Part shown: positions 1 to 9,879 of the stretch, piece by piece
Position numbering within the stretch: the stretch's first letter is position 1
Layout of the letters: every line of letters starts with the position of its first letter
Source of the DNA: an uncultured bacterium
GTDB taxonomy: Bacteria > Actinomycetota > Actinomycetes > Actinomycetales > Microbacteriaceae
NCBI GenBank assembly: GCA_963787305.1
Contig: CAWBCL010000001.1
Span: 22,724 to 86,723 of the forward strand
Length of the DNA: 64,000 bases
Direction: 5' to 3'
The notes under the pieces: generated by a model
Databases searched by the model: none
The model's input: the letters and a program-made list of their open reading frames with translations, nothing else
What the model was told of the DNA's origin: nothing
Translations under genes and position numbers: made by a program

Positions 1-159
1 TCCACGACCGAAGCCGATCCGGCCCCGGCCGACCCCACCGACGTCGATGTTCCCGTACCCGACTTCAGCGTGATCCCCACGGTTGGCGTCACCTGTCAGC
101 CCGGCCTGCTGTCGCTCACGGCGCCCGACTCGCCGTTCGTCCCGCTCTTTAGTCGGTAG
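1..159 (+). CDS. 3' end of an unidentified CDS (partial)
   Basis: Frame +1 is open from base 1 to TAG at 157-159 with GC-rich third positions, and converges on the PHP gene stop at 163. No recognisable motif. Confidence 0.4.
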   Translation, partial: STTEADPAPADPTDVDVPVPDFSVIPTVGVTCQPGLLSLTAPDSPFVPLFSR

Positions 160-162
160 GGG

Positions 163-1017
163 TCAGCCGACAAGCGGCGCGGAGCCGGTTCCTCGGGCGA
201 TGATTTTCTCGAGCACCTCGGGACTCGTCGTGTTTTCGGCCAGCCGGTTCGGCTTGCCCTCGCCGTGATAGTCGCTCGCGCCCGTGACCTCAAGGCCATA
301 CTTGGTGGCGAGTTTTCGCAAGCGCACCTTGCCTTCCTCGGTATTGTCGCGGTGGTCGAGTTCGAGGCCAAAAAGACCTTCGTCGGCGAGCTGACGAATG
401 ACCTTGTCCTCCATCGGGCGGTACTTGCCGTGGGTCGCGGGATGGGCGAGCACGGGCACGCCGCCCGCGGCCACGATCGAGCGCACGCCCTCGAGAGGAG
501 ACGGGGCGTAGTACTTCTCGTAGTAGCCCCCTCGCCAGTGCAGAATGCTCTCGAACGCCGCGGTTCGGTTCGCAACGACGCCTTTGCGCACGAGCGCGTC
601 CGCGATGTGCGGTCGGCCCAGAGTCGTGCCGTCCGACGACTCGGCAAGCACGTCATCCCAGGTGAGATCGAAGTCCGCTGCGATGCGCTCGACAATGCGT
701 TCGGCACGACGCAGCCGCCCCTCGCGAATTCGGGCCGTCTCGGCGACAATGTCGCCGTTGTTGGGATCGAAGAGGTACGCGAGCATGTGAACGCTTGCCG
801 GACCGAAGTTGGTGCTCAGCTCCATGCCCGGGATGACCGTCAGCCCGGTGCCGGCCGCCGCAGTGAACGCCTCCTGCCAGCCCGCGGTCGAATCATGGTC
901 CGTGATTGCCAGCGTGCTCAGATCCGCCGCGACGGCGGCCCGGATCAGCTGGGTGGGGGTCTCGGTTCCGTCCGACACCGAACTGTGCGTGTGCAGGTCG
1001 ATCGGGCGGTCGGACAT
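163..1017 (-). CDS. PHP-domain metal-dependent phosphoesterase (TrpH/YciV-like)
   Basis: Motifs DLHTHSSVSDG, AITDHD, GMELS, LAHP, GASDYHG; start placed at ATG 1017. Confidence 0.9.
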   Translation of the reverse strand: MSDRPIDLHTHSSVSDGTETPTQLIRAAVAADLSTLAITDHDSTAGWQEAFTAAAGTGLTVIPGMELSTNFGPASVHMLAYLFDPNNGDIVAETARIREGRLRRAERIVERIAADFDLTWDDVLAESSDGTTLGRPHIADALVRKGVVANRTAAFESILHWRGGYYEKYYAPSPLEGVRSIVAAGGVPVLAHPATHGKYRPMEDKVIRQLADEGLFGLELDHRDNTEEGKVRLRKLATKYGLEVTGASDYHGEGKPNRLAENTTSPEVLEKIIARGTGSAPLVG

Positions 1018-1049
1018 CCTCAAAGCCTATTGGTCTAAACTGCGGCACG

Positions 1050-2060
1050 ATGATTGCTCGACTGCTTCCGGCTCTCGTGACCGTCGGGATTGCAGCAGGG
1101 CTGCTCATTCTGGCTTGGCCACAGCTTTTCTCGTTGGCGCACGAGCCGGTCGCCGCTCAGGTCGTCTCGCTGCGTGGTCTCGGCATCGCCGCCGCCCTCG
1201 TGCTGGCCGTGGTGTTCACGGTGCTCGCGCTGCTGGCTCGACCGGCACGATCCTTTCTCGCTGGGCTCGCCGTGCTGCTGCTCGCTTTCGCCGCAATCAA
1301 CGCCGCGGTACTCGGCACCCGCGGCTTCGGAAACCTCGCGTTCGAGACGGCGAGCGACGCATCCGTGACGGTGCTGTCGTGGAACACCCTCGGCGAAGCG
1401 CCCGGGGTCGCGGCGATCGCCCAGCTCGCTCTCGACACCGACGCGGACATCGTGGCCCTTCCCGAAACCTCACGGGCGGCAGGCGACGAGATTGCCGCCA
1501 TAATGGCCGGTGCCGGGAGCCCGATGCAGGTGCTGACCCTCGCGTACGACGAGATCTCCAAGGCGCGATCGACCACGGTGCTCATCAGCACGGCGCTAGG
1601 CGACTACGTCATGAGTGAGACGGTGACCACGGCGCAACTTCCTTCGGTCGTCGCGACGCCCGCGGATGGCTCGGGACCGACAATCGTCGCCGTGCACGCG
1701 CTCGCCCCCATCCCCCCGGTCATGCCACGGTGGGAGAGCGATCTCAGGTGGACGGCCGCCGCGTGTGCCGGTGATAACGTCATCATGGCCGGCGACTTCA
1801 ACGCGACCCTCGACCACTTCGGCGGGCTCGCCACCGCCGCGGGGACGACGCTGGGAAACTGCGTCGATGCGGCGCTCGCGACCGACAACGCCGCAGTGGG
1901 CACCTGGCCCACCGCACTTCCCGCCCTGCTTGGCGCACCCATTGACCACGTGCTCGCAACGGCGAATTGGCGGGTCAGCGGCATGCGAGTCATCGAGTCG
2001 CATGACGGGTTCGGCAGCGATCACCGGCCGATACTCGCCCAGTTGACCTGGGTGGGTTGA
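1050..2060 (+). CDS. Membrane-anchored endonuclease/exonuclease/phosphatase family protein
   Basis: N-terminal TM helices; motifs VLSWN, ALPE, AGDFNAT, IDHVL, SDHRP; ATG 1050 preceded by a TAAACT -10-like hexamer. Confidence 0.85.
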   Translation: MIARLLPALVTVGIAAGLLILAWPQLFSLAHEPVAAQVVSLRGLGIAAALVLAVVFTVLALLARPARSFLAGLAVLLLAFAAINAAVLGTRGFGNLAFETASDASVTVLSWNTLGEAPGVAAIAQLALDTDADIVALPETSRAAGDEIAAIMAGAGSPMQVLTLAYDEISKARSTTVLISTALGDYVMSETVTTAQLPSVVATPADGSGPTIVAVHALAPIPPVMPRWESDLRWTAAACAGDNVIMAGDFNATLDHFGGLATAAGTTLGNCVDAALATDNAAVGTWPTALPALLGAPIDHVLATANWRVSGMRVIESHDGFGSDHRPILAQLTWVG

Positions 2061-2070
2061 GAATAGTGGC

Positions 2071-3546
2071 ATGGCTGATTCCACGACCCCGGCGCCGCGC
2101 GCGACGTCGAACCGTTCGACAACTCCCGTGAGCGAGACCTTCGCCCAGTACATCGGCTCGCAGTGGGCTCAGCGGCCCGTGGTGGCACCGTCGCCGCGCG
2201 AGCAGGCATCGTTCGCCGCCGCGCGCCGCGCGCGCATCTCCGCCCTGTATCCGCACAAGCGATTGGTGATCCCTGCCGGCGCCGCGAAGACGCGCTCAAA
2301 CGACACCGACTACCCGTACCGCGCCCACTCCGCCTTCGCTTGGCTCACCGGGTGGGGATCCGACTCGGTGTCGGGAAGCGTGCTGGTCATGGAGCCGACC
2401 GCCGCCGGCCACGACGCCACCCTGTACTTCCGCGAGGCCGCGGGACGGGACACCGACGAGTTCTATGCCAACCCCGAGATCGGCGAGTTCTGGACTGGCC
2501 CACGACCATCGCTCGATCACGTCGCGGCCGATCTCGGTCTCGCCACACGAGGCCTTGACGCGATTGAGTCGGTGCTCGACGCCACGGATGTCTCCACGCT
2601 CGTCGTGCGCGACGCAGACCGCGATCTCACCGACCAACTCGACGGTCGCCGCCTGCTGCTCACGCCCGACACCGAGGCACTGAACACGGACGGTGACGCT
2701 GACCTCGCCCGTGACCTCAGCGAACTGCGCCTCGTCAAAGACGAGTTCGAGATTGCCGAGATGCGGTCGGCGGTCGACGCCACCAAACAGGGCTTCGACG
2801 ACGTCATCGGCGACCTGTCCGCCATCGTCGAGCACACTCGCGGCGAACGCCTCGTCGAGGGTACGTTCAACCGCAGGGCGCGCGCCGAAGGCAACACCGT
2901 CGGGTATGACACGATCGCGGCATCCGGCCCGCACGCCTGCATTCTGCACTGGACCCGCAATGACGGGCCGGTGATCCCGGGCGACCTCATCCTGATCGAC
3001 GCCGGAATCGAACTCGACAGCTACTACACGGCAGACATCACCAGAACCCTCCCGGTGAGCGGAGCGTTCACCCCGGTGCAGCGTCGCATCTACGAGGCGG
3101 TGCTCGATGCAGCGGATGCCGCGTTCGCCATCGTCAAGCCGGGCATCAAGTTCCGCGAGATCCACGCCGCGGCGATGGCGGTTATCGCGGCCCGCACCGC
3201 CGAGTGGGGACTGCTTCCGGTGAGCGCCGAGGAGTCCCTCGAGCCCGACCACCAGTACCACCGCCGGTACATGGTGCACGGCACCAGTCATCACCTCGGG
3301 CTCGATGTTCACGACTGCGCAGCAGCGCGCCGCGAGATGTATCTCGAGGGAACCCTCGAGCCCGGCATGGTCTTCACGATCGAACCGGGACTGTACTTCC
3401 AGCCCGACGACCTGAGCGTTCCGGAGGAGTATCGCGGCATCGGCGTGCGCATCGAGGACAACATCCTCGTCACCGCGACGGGCGCGGAGAATCTGTCGCT
3501 CGGCATCCCCCGCACCGCCGACGACGTCGAGGCCTGGGTCGCCTAG
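2071..3546 (+). CDS. pepP: Xaa-Pro aminopeptidase (aminopeptidase P)
   Basis: M24B motifs LIDAG, YTADITRT, HGTSHHLGLDVHD, TIEPGLY, GVRIEDNIL. Confidence 0.93.
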   Translation: MADSTTPAPRATSNRSTTPVSETFAQYIGSQWAQRPVVAPSPREQASFAAARRARISALYPHKRLVIPAGAAKTRSNDTDYPYRAHSAFAWLTGWGSDSVSGSVLVMEPTAAGHDATLYFREAAGRDTDEFYANPEIGEFWTGPRPSLDHVAADLGLATRGLDAIESVLDATDVSTLVVRDADRDLTDQLDGRRLLLTPDTEALNTDGDADLARDLSELRLVKDEFEIAEMRSAVDATKQGFDDVIGDLSAIVEHTRGERLVEGTFNRRARAEGNTVGYDTIAASGPHACILHWTRNDGPVIPGDLILIDAGIELDSYYTADITRTLPVSGAFTPVQRRIYEAVLDAADAAFAIVKPGIKFREIHAAAMAVIAARTAEWGLLPVSAEESLEPDHQYHRRYMVHGTSHHLGLDVHDCAAARREMYLEGTLEPGMVFTIEPGLYFQPDDLSVPEEYRGIGVRIEDNILVTATGAENLSLGIPRTADDVEAWVA

Positions 3547-3548
3547 CC

Positions 3549-4061
3549 TCAGGTCGCGGGCGGGGTGTACTGCAGCGCCTGCTGCGCCTTCGCCGTGAGC
3601 TCGGGGTCGATAATGATCTGGTAGTTGCTCGCGATCACCTGGTGAGTCGACGTGAAATCGCGGCGGCGGCGGTTTATCGCGTAAGTGACGATTCCGAAGA
3701 TCATCCCGAAGCCGGCTCCGATGATGAGGGCGGCGCCGGCAAAACCGAGCGACTCAGGAGTTATCGGGCCGAAGATCGTCAGAACGAGGCCGATGAACAG
3801 TCCGAGCCACGCTCCGGATGCCGCTCCGGCGAGAGCAGCTCGCCCATAACTCAGTTTGCCGGTCACCCGCTCGACGGTCTTGAGGTCGTTTCCGACGATC
3901 GCGAGCTGATTGACCTCGAAGTCCGCTTTGGACAGCCGGTCGACGACTGACTGCGCCTCGAGGTAGGTGTCATAGGTTCCGAGCACGTCACCCTTGGGGA
4001 TGCTCGGAATCGGCACAGGGCGGCGGCCGAAAATGGGCTGATTGCCGGGCTGATTGGTCAC
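3549..4061 (-). CDS. General stress protein-like membrane protein
   Basis: YDTYLEAQSVVDRLS...IVGNDLKTVERVTG followed by two TM helices; usual actinobacterial neighbour of pepP/mgtE. Confidence 0.75.
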   Translation of the reverse strand: MTNQPGNQPIFGRRPVPIPSIPKGDVLGTYDTYLEAQSVVDRLSKADFEVNQLAIVGNDLKTVERVTGKLSYGRAALAGAASGAWLGLFIGLVLTIFGPITPESLGFAGAALIIGAGFGMIFGIVTYAINRRRRDFTSTHQVIASNYQIIIDPELTAKAQQALQYTPPAT

Positions 4062-4097
4062 AGTCCCATTGTTCCACGCGGGGGTAGGGTTTTACCC

Positions 4098-5409
4098 GTG
4101 AGCACCACCAGAGTATTCGTCGCCCGATTGGTCGGGTGCTCCGTTTTCGACCCCAACGGCGACAAGGTCGGCAAGGTACGCGACGTTCTCGTCGTCTATC
4201 GCTCGACACGGTGCTCCGCGGGTCGTCGGGATGGTTCTCGAGGTTCCCGGCAAGCGCCGCGTCTTCCTCTCCATCGGCCGGGTCAACAGCATCGGCTCCG
4301 GTCAGATCATCGTGAGCGGACTCATCAACCTGCGTCGGTTCGAGCAGCGCGGCGGCGAAGTCCGCGTGCTCGCGGAGATGCTCGGGCGCAACGTGCGGCT
4401 GCGCGACGGCTCGGGCCACGCCCATGTCGAAGATGTCGCTATTGAAGAGATCGGTCTCGGCGAGTGGGCCATCAGCCAGGTGTTCCTGCGCAGACCCAAG
4501 ACCGGGGGATCGCCGTTCTCCAAGGGCGCGACGGTGTTTGCCGAGTGGAACGATCTGGTCGAGGATGCCCCGGCCGGCGAGTCCCAGTCGGCCACTCAGC
4601 TCGTGGCGAGCTACGCCGACATGCTTCCGGCCGACCTGGCGAGCGCCATGCTCGACCTGCCCGAGCAGCGCATGCTTGAGGTGGCCGAGGAGCTCTCCGA
4701 CGATCGCCTCGCCGACGTGCTTGAAGAGATGCCCGAGACCGAGCAGGTCGACATCCTGGGTCACCTCGACGACGACCGCGCGGCCGACGTGCTCGACCAG
4801 ATGCAGCCGGATGACGCGGCCGACCTGATCGCGCACCTCAGCGACGAGCGTGGCGAGGCCCTCCTCGATCTCATGGAGCCCGAGGAGGCCGAGGATGTGC
4901 GCTTCCTGCTGTCGTACGCCCCGGACACCGCAGGCGGCCTGATGACCCCGGAACCCATTATCGTTTCCGCCGACGCGACCGTGGCCGAGGGCCTCGCCCT
5001 CATCCGCCGCCACGAGCTTGCCCCCGCACTCGGCGCCGCGATCTGCGTGACGCTGCCACCCTACGAGCCGCCGACGGGACGCTTTCTGGGCATGGTGCAC
5101 TTCCAGCGGATGTTGCGCTACCCGCCCAACGAGCGACTCGGCACTCTGCTCGACCCGAGCCTCGAGCCCGTACAAGCCAACACCAGCGCGGCCGAGGTGT
5201 CGCGCATCCTCGCCAGTTATAACCTCGTCTCGGTTCCCGTCGTCGACGAGAACCACCGCCTCGTCGGGGTGGTGACCATTGACGATGTCCTCGACTATCT
5301 GCTGCCGGACGACTGGCGAAGTACGAACGACGAAACTCAGCAGTACGACAACACTTCGACAGCAACCATCCCGGTACGGGAGAGGAGGACGACTCATGGC
5401 TCGCTCTAG
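4098..5409 (+). CDS. MgtE intracellular-N/CBS domain protein (one +1 frameshift near 4207-4209, probably a sequencing error)
   Basis: ORF 4098 (MSTTRVFVARL...GKVRDV) joins ORF 4231-5409 (MgtE-N repeats, AGGLMTPE, CBS VPVVDE..LVGVVTIDDV) if one base is removed. Confidence 0.85.
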
Positions 5410-5899
5410 CACTCGTAACGACTCGCGACTCGACTCCCCGCGCGGCCTTCGCACCAACTTCACGCTGTTCCAGAGCCGCGATCGGATGGGGCGCTTCTCC
5501 GAGTCTTTTGCCAGGGCGATGGGAACCCCGTGGTTTCTCGTCGGCCTGTCGGTGTTCGTGGCGATCTGGCTGCTCTGGAACACCCTCGTTCCCGAGGATG
5601 CCCAGTTTGACCCGCGGCTCACGAACTTCACGCTGCTCACGCTCATCTTGTCTCTGCAGGCTTCCTACGCTGCGCCGATGATTCTGCTGGCCCAGAACCG
5701 GCAGGATGACCGCGACCGCGTACAGATCGAGCAGGACCGCCAGCGCGCCGAACGCAACCTCAATGACACCGAGTACCTCGCTCGTGAGGTTGTCGCGCTG
5801 CGCCTCGCGATGAAGGATCTCGCCAGCCGAGACTTCATCCGCGCGGAGCTCCGAGCCCTTCTCGAGGAGTTGGACAAGGACAAGGACCCACCGGTTTGA
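5396..5899 (+). CDS. DUF1003 membrane protein
   Basis: LLTLILSLQASYAAPMILLAQNRQDDRDR signature; ATG 5396 with GGAGGA upstream. Confidence 0.88.
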   Translation: MARSSTRNDSRLDSPRGLRTNFTLFQSRDRMGRFSESFARAMGTPWFLVGLSVFVAIWLLWNTLVPEDAQFDPRLTNFTLLTLILSLQASYAAPMILLAQNRQDDRDRVQIEQDRQRAERNLNDTEYLAREVVALRLAMKDLASRDFIRAELRALLEELDKDKDPPV

Positions 5900-7032
5900 G
5901 CGAGGACGATCGCCGGTTGAGCGTCGAAACCGCGGTGCGCGACTCCCTGACCCGCGTGATCGACCCCGAGCTTCGGCGGCCGATTACCGAGCTCGACATG
6001 GTCGGGGCGGTGTCCGTCGACGAGGCCGGCGTGGCATCCGTCGACGTCAAACTCACGATCGTGGGATGCCCAGCTGCCGACACTATCGAACGCGACGTGC
6101 GCGCCGCGGTTGCTGCCACCGACGGCGTCACCGCGATCGAGGTGACGGTCTCGGTCATGTCACGCGAGGAACGCGACGCCCTCACCGAGAAGCTGCGCGG
6201 GGGTCGCCCCAAGGCTCTCCAGTTCGGCCCGGACTCGCTCACTCGCATCTACGCGATCACGAGCGGCAAGGGTGGCGTGGGCAAGTCGACGCTGACGGCA
6301 AACCTCGGTGTCGCGATTGCCCACCGCGGCCTGAGAGTGGGAATCGTGGATGCCGACGTGTTCGGCTTCTCGATTCCGGGGCTGCTCGGAGTCGCGGGGT
6401 CCAAGCCCACCAAGGTCGGCGAGATGATCCTGCCGCCGGTCGCCCACGACGTGAAGGTCATCTCGATCGGCATGTTCGTCGATGGATCCACTGCGGTCTC
6501 GTGGCGCGGGCCAATGCTGCACCGCACGATCACCCAGTTTCTCACCGACGTCTTCTTTGGTGACCTCGACGTGTTGCTCATTGACCTGCCGCCGGGAACA
6601 GGCGACGTGGCGATCTCGCTGGGGCAACTCCTGCCGCAGGCCGAGGTCATCGTCGTGACGACCCCGCAGCAGGCCGCCGCCGAGGTCGCGGAGCGCAGCG
6701 GCTTGGTCGCGCGCCAGACCGGGCAGACGGTCATCGGTGTCGTCGAGAACATGGCGGGCCTGGCGCAGCCCGACGGCACGGTGCTCGAGCTTTTTGGGTC
6801 GGGCGGCGGGGCGGATGCCGCGGCGCGCCTGAGCGAGCCCGGGCGCCCGGTCCCCCTGCTCGCGTCTATCCCGTTGAGCGTCGCCCTGCGCGAGGGCGGT
6901 GACGCCGGGCTGCCCGTGGTGCTGTCGCATCCGGATGACCCGGCGGCCGCGGTCATCCGTTCGCTCGCAGCGACCTTGGCCACCCGCGAGCGCGGGCTAT
7001 CCGGCCGAAAGTTGGGCCTGTCGGTCACCTAG
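5896..7032 (+). CDS. mrp: Mrp/NBP35 (ApbC) Fe-S cluster carrier ATPase
   Basis: VIDPEL N-domain, SGKGGVGKST Walker A, WRGPML, DLPPGTGD, VVENM. Confidence 0.93.
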   Translation: MSEDDRRLSVETAVRDSLTRVIDPELRRPITELDMVGAVSVDEAGVASVDVKLTIVGCPAADTIERDVRAAVAATDGVTAIEVTVSVMSREERDALTEKLRGGRPKALQFGPDSLTRIYAITSGKGGVGKSTLTANLGVAIAHRGLRVGIVDADVFGFSIPGLLGVAGSKPTKVGEMILPPVAHDVKVISIGMFVDGSTAVSWRGPMLHRTITQFLTDVFFGDLDVLLIDLPPGTGDVAISLGQLLPQAEVIVVTTPQQAAAEVAERSGLVARQTGQTVIGVVENMAGLAQPDGTVLELFGSGGGADAAARLSEPGRPVPLLASIPLSVALREGGDAGLPVVLSHPDDPAAAVIRSLAATLATRERGLSGRKLGLSVT

Positions 7033-7041
7033 CCGAGGTCG

Positions 7042-8493
7042 TCACTCGAAGGTTCGCGCCACCAGTTCGGTAAGCAGCCGCTCCGTGAGCGGCCGCGGCA
7101 GCGCTTCTACGAGAGCGAGGAACGGCGCCATGCGGTCGGGTAGGCCGGCGCGCTCGGACACCAACCCGATGCCCCGAAGCAGGGCGAACGCCCCCTCCGC
7201 GTCGAGTGGCGCTGACCCGAGCCCTTCGGGGAGCCCCGCGAGCACCTGCTCGGCGCTCACCGGCGGCACACCGCGCACCTCGTCAGCCGCGGTCACGAGC
7301 GCCGCCGAGAGGTCGGCCAGCACCGAAGCGGTCACGGGAGTCACCGTCAGGTGGGTGGTGCGCGGCAGAACGGTTCCGTCGGCCTGAGTGAGTCCCGGCT
7401 GCAACTGCAGGTGCCAGCCGTGCGCCTTGGCCTGGTCCGCCCAGTGATGGGGGTCGACACGGTGCGCGGGGTCGACCGAGGCATCCGTCTCGACGGCGAG
7501 CAACGGCCCGACCGGCGTGCCGACCACGCGGAGGCCGTCGATCGAATCCACGAGGGCGATGAGGCTTTCGGTCGATGCCCGGCAGGATTCCGCGAGCTCG
7601 GCAAATCCGTCGCGGCCGAGTGCCCTCGTGATTGCCCAGGCGGCCGCGAGCGCCCCCGCCGACTTCGACCCGAGCAGGGTCGGATTCACCACCGGGTAGC
7701 CCGGCCAGCCGGTCGTCGCGAAGAACTGTGCGCGGTGCCGGTCGCGACCCCGTTGGAGCAGCACCGAGACGCCCTTGGGGGCGTACCCGAACTTGTGGAA
7801 GTCGGCGCTGACGCTCGTGACTCCGGGCACGCGGAAGTCCCACGGCTCGATGCCCGGCCAGAACGGAAGCACGAGTCCGCCAATGCACGCGTCAACGTGG
7901 CACGCGATGCCGTGCCGCGCCGCGGCTGCAGCGACCTCGGCGATCGGGTCGAGGGCGGCGTGCGGGTAGCTCGGCGCGGAAACGACGACGAGCGCGACAT
8001 CCGCCGCCATGCCTTCGATGATGCGGGCCGGGGCGACCCGTCCGTCCGCCTCGACCGGCACCAGGTCGAGCGTGAGGCCAAAGTAGTGGGCCGCCTTGTG
8101 GAACGCGGCGTGCACCGTGACCGGCGCGAGCAGCCGGGGTTTCCCCGAGCCGCCTGCCGCGACCCAGAGGTCGCGCGCGGTCTTGACCGCCAGCAGGCAG
8201 CTCTCGGTTCCGCCGGTCGTGACGCTGCCGACGACTTCGGCGTCACCGCCCAGCAGGTCGCGCGCGAACGCGACGACCTCGTGCTCCATGACCGCGACCG
8301 ACGTGAACGTCGTCGGGTCGAGACCGTTGACGGGCTGCACCATGCGAATCGCGGCCGCCGCCAACTCGTCGAGTTCGGCGAGTCCGGAGTCATAGACGTA
8401 CGAGAGCACTCGTCCGCCGTGGGTCGGGGCGTCGGCGGCGCGCAACTCCCCCAGTCGGGCGAGAATCGCGCCAGGCTCTTCAGCGAAAGACAT
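7042..8493 (-). CDS. PLP-dependent enzyme, sphingosine-1-phosphate lyase-like (group II decarboxylase fold)
   Basis: TTGGTES, HAAFHKAAHYF, SAPSYPH..DPI, HVDACIGG, DFRVPGVTSVSADFHKFGYAPKG; start placed at ATG 8493. Confidence 0.8.
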   Translation of the reverse strand: MSFAEEPGAILARLGELRAADAPTHGGRVLSYVYDSGLAELDELAAAAIRMVQPVNGLDPTTFTSVAVMEHEVVAFARDLLGGDAEVVGSVTTGGTESCLLAVKTARDLWVAAGGSGKPRLLAPVTVHAAFHKAAHYFGLTLDLVPVEADGRVAPARIIEGMAADVALVVVSAPSYPHAALDPIAEVAAAAARHGIACHVDACIGGLVLPFWPGIEPWDFRVPGVTSVSADFHKFGYAPKGVSVLLQRGRDRHRAQFFATTGWPGYPVVNPTLLGSKSAGALAAAWAITRALGRDGFAELAESCRASTESLIALVDSIDGLRVVGTPVGPLLAVETDASVDPAHRVDPHHWADQAKAHGWHLQLQPGLTQADGTVLPRTTHLTVTPVTASVLADLSAALVTAADEVRGVPPVSAEQVLAGLPEGLGSAPLDAEGAFALLRGIGLVSERAGLPDRMAPFLALVEALPRPLTERLLTELVARTFE

Positions 8494-8506
8494 TGGTGTC
8501 GGGTTC

Positions 8507-9838
8507 CTAGGAGTCGATGTCGGAGCGGCGCAACGGGTAGCGCCCAAAGGAGATGAGTGACGTCGCGATGATCACTGCGGGCACCACGCTGAAGCTCAGC
8601 ACGATGCCGACGATGGCCGAGTCCGGTTGGCTCACCAGTTGGCCACCCACCGATTCCAGGTAGCCGGATGCCGCGAGCACAATGGTCAGCACCGTGGCAC
8701 CGAGCGCCATCCCGGTCGTCTCCCCCGCGGTCCACACCCCGCCGAAGGTGCCGGCGCTGCCGTCACCGGCAGTGACGGCGTCGTGCGAAATCACGTCGGG
8801 CAGCATCGACATGGGCAGCGACTGCATTCCCGCGTAGCCGGCTCCGGCGAGCGCGACGGGCAGGTACAGCCACTCCCCGGGGAACCAGATCAGCAGCGTC
8901 ATCGACAGGGCGGCCACCCCGTACAGGCTCGAGGCGAGCACGAAGCTGCGCTCCTTGCCGATGCGACGCGACACGATCGCCCACAGCGGCGCGAACAGAA
9001 TCGCGGGAGCGATGAGCGAGAGGAACAGAATCGTCACACCGGTATCGAGCACCCAGCGCGCAACGTACTGTGCGCCGGCAAGCATGAGCCCGGTCGCGAG
9101 GCCTTGCAGCAGGAACGTGAACAGGAGGGCTCGAAACGGCTGGCTGCGTCGCAGAGCGTGGATGCCCTTGCGGTAGTTGTCGGCGAGCGAGAACGTCGGA
9201 GCCTCGGAACGGATGCCCCGGCGCGCCACGAACGACGACACGAGCATCCCGGCGCCGATCACGAGGCCGGCGACGATCGCCATGACGAGGTAGCCGAGGT
9301 GCTCATCGGCGAACGAGTCCCTGATCTCGGGTGCGCCTGCCCCAAACAGCAGGATTGCGACGGTCAACACGACGACGCGAGCCGAGATGAGTCGCGTTCG
9401 CTCGTCGTAGCCCTGAGCCAGTTCCGCAGGAAGCGCAATGTACGGCACTTGGAACAGGCTGAAGGCGGTCGCCGTGATCGAGAAGGCCAACAGCACCCAG
9501 ATTCCGGAAACGACGGGGCCCACTCCGGCCGGAACCGCGAAGGTCAGGATGAAGAAGACGGGAAGCGCGATCGCTCCGGCAAGCATGAACGGGCGGCGCG
9601 AGCCCGTTCGCGCGAGGCTGCGATCGCTGCGCGCCCCGATGACGGGATCGATCACGACATCCCAGACCTTGGCGACTGTCACGAGCGCGCCGGCCGCGAG
9701 CGCGGCGATGCCCAGGGTGTCCGTTAAGTAGAACACCAGCACGAGGCCCGGCAGGGTCGCGAATCCTCCCGTGCCGAGCGATCCGATGGCGTAGGTGGCA
9801 ATGGTTTTTCGGGTAAGCCCCCGCGGCTCTGCGGTCAT
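8507..9838 (-). CDS. MFS transporter, GPH/MelB (MFS_2) family
   Basis: About 12 TM helices; WDVVIDPVIGARSD, GSRRPF, PYIALPAEL, YDERTRL, MLPDVI. Confidence 0.88.
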   Translation of the reverse strand: MTAEPRGLTRKTIATYAIGSLGTGGFATLPGLVLVFYLTDTLGIAALAAGALVTVAKVWDVVIDPVIGARSDRSLARTGSRRPFMLAGAIALPVFFILTFAVPAGVGPVVSGIWVLLAFSITATAFSLFQVPYIALPAELAQGYDERTRLISARVVVLTVAILLFGAGAPEIRDSFADEHLGYLVMAIVAGLVIGAGMLVSSFVARRGIRSEAPTFSLADNYRKGIHALRRSQPFRALLFTFLLQGLATGLMLAGAQYVARWVLDTGVTILFLSLIAPAILFAPLWAIVSRRIGKERSFVLASSLYGVAALSMTLLIWFPGEWLYLPVALAGAGYAGMQSLPMSMLPDVISHDAVTAGDGSAGTFGGVWTAGETTGMALGATVLTIVLAASGYLESVGGQLVSQPDSAIVGIVLSFSVVPAVIIATSLISFGRYPLRRSDIDS

Positions 9839-9879
9839 GATGCCGAGTGTATAGGCAGCGCCGAGCGTAGGCTGTCGCC

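Noticed and set aside
3988-5646. Long antisense/alternative ORFs (e.g. 3988-5646, 33445-34872, 35312-36778, 57832-58923)
   Set aside because: Shadows of real genes in high-GC DNA, with no recognisable domains.
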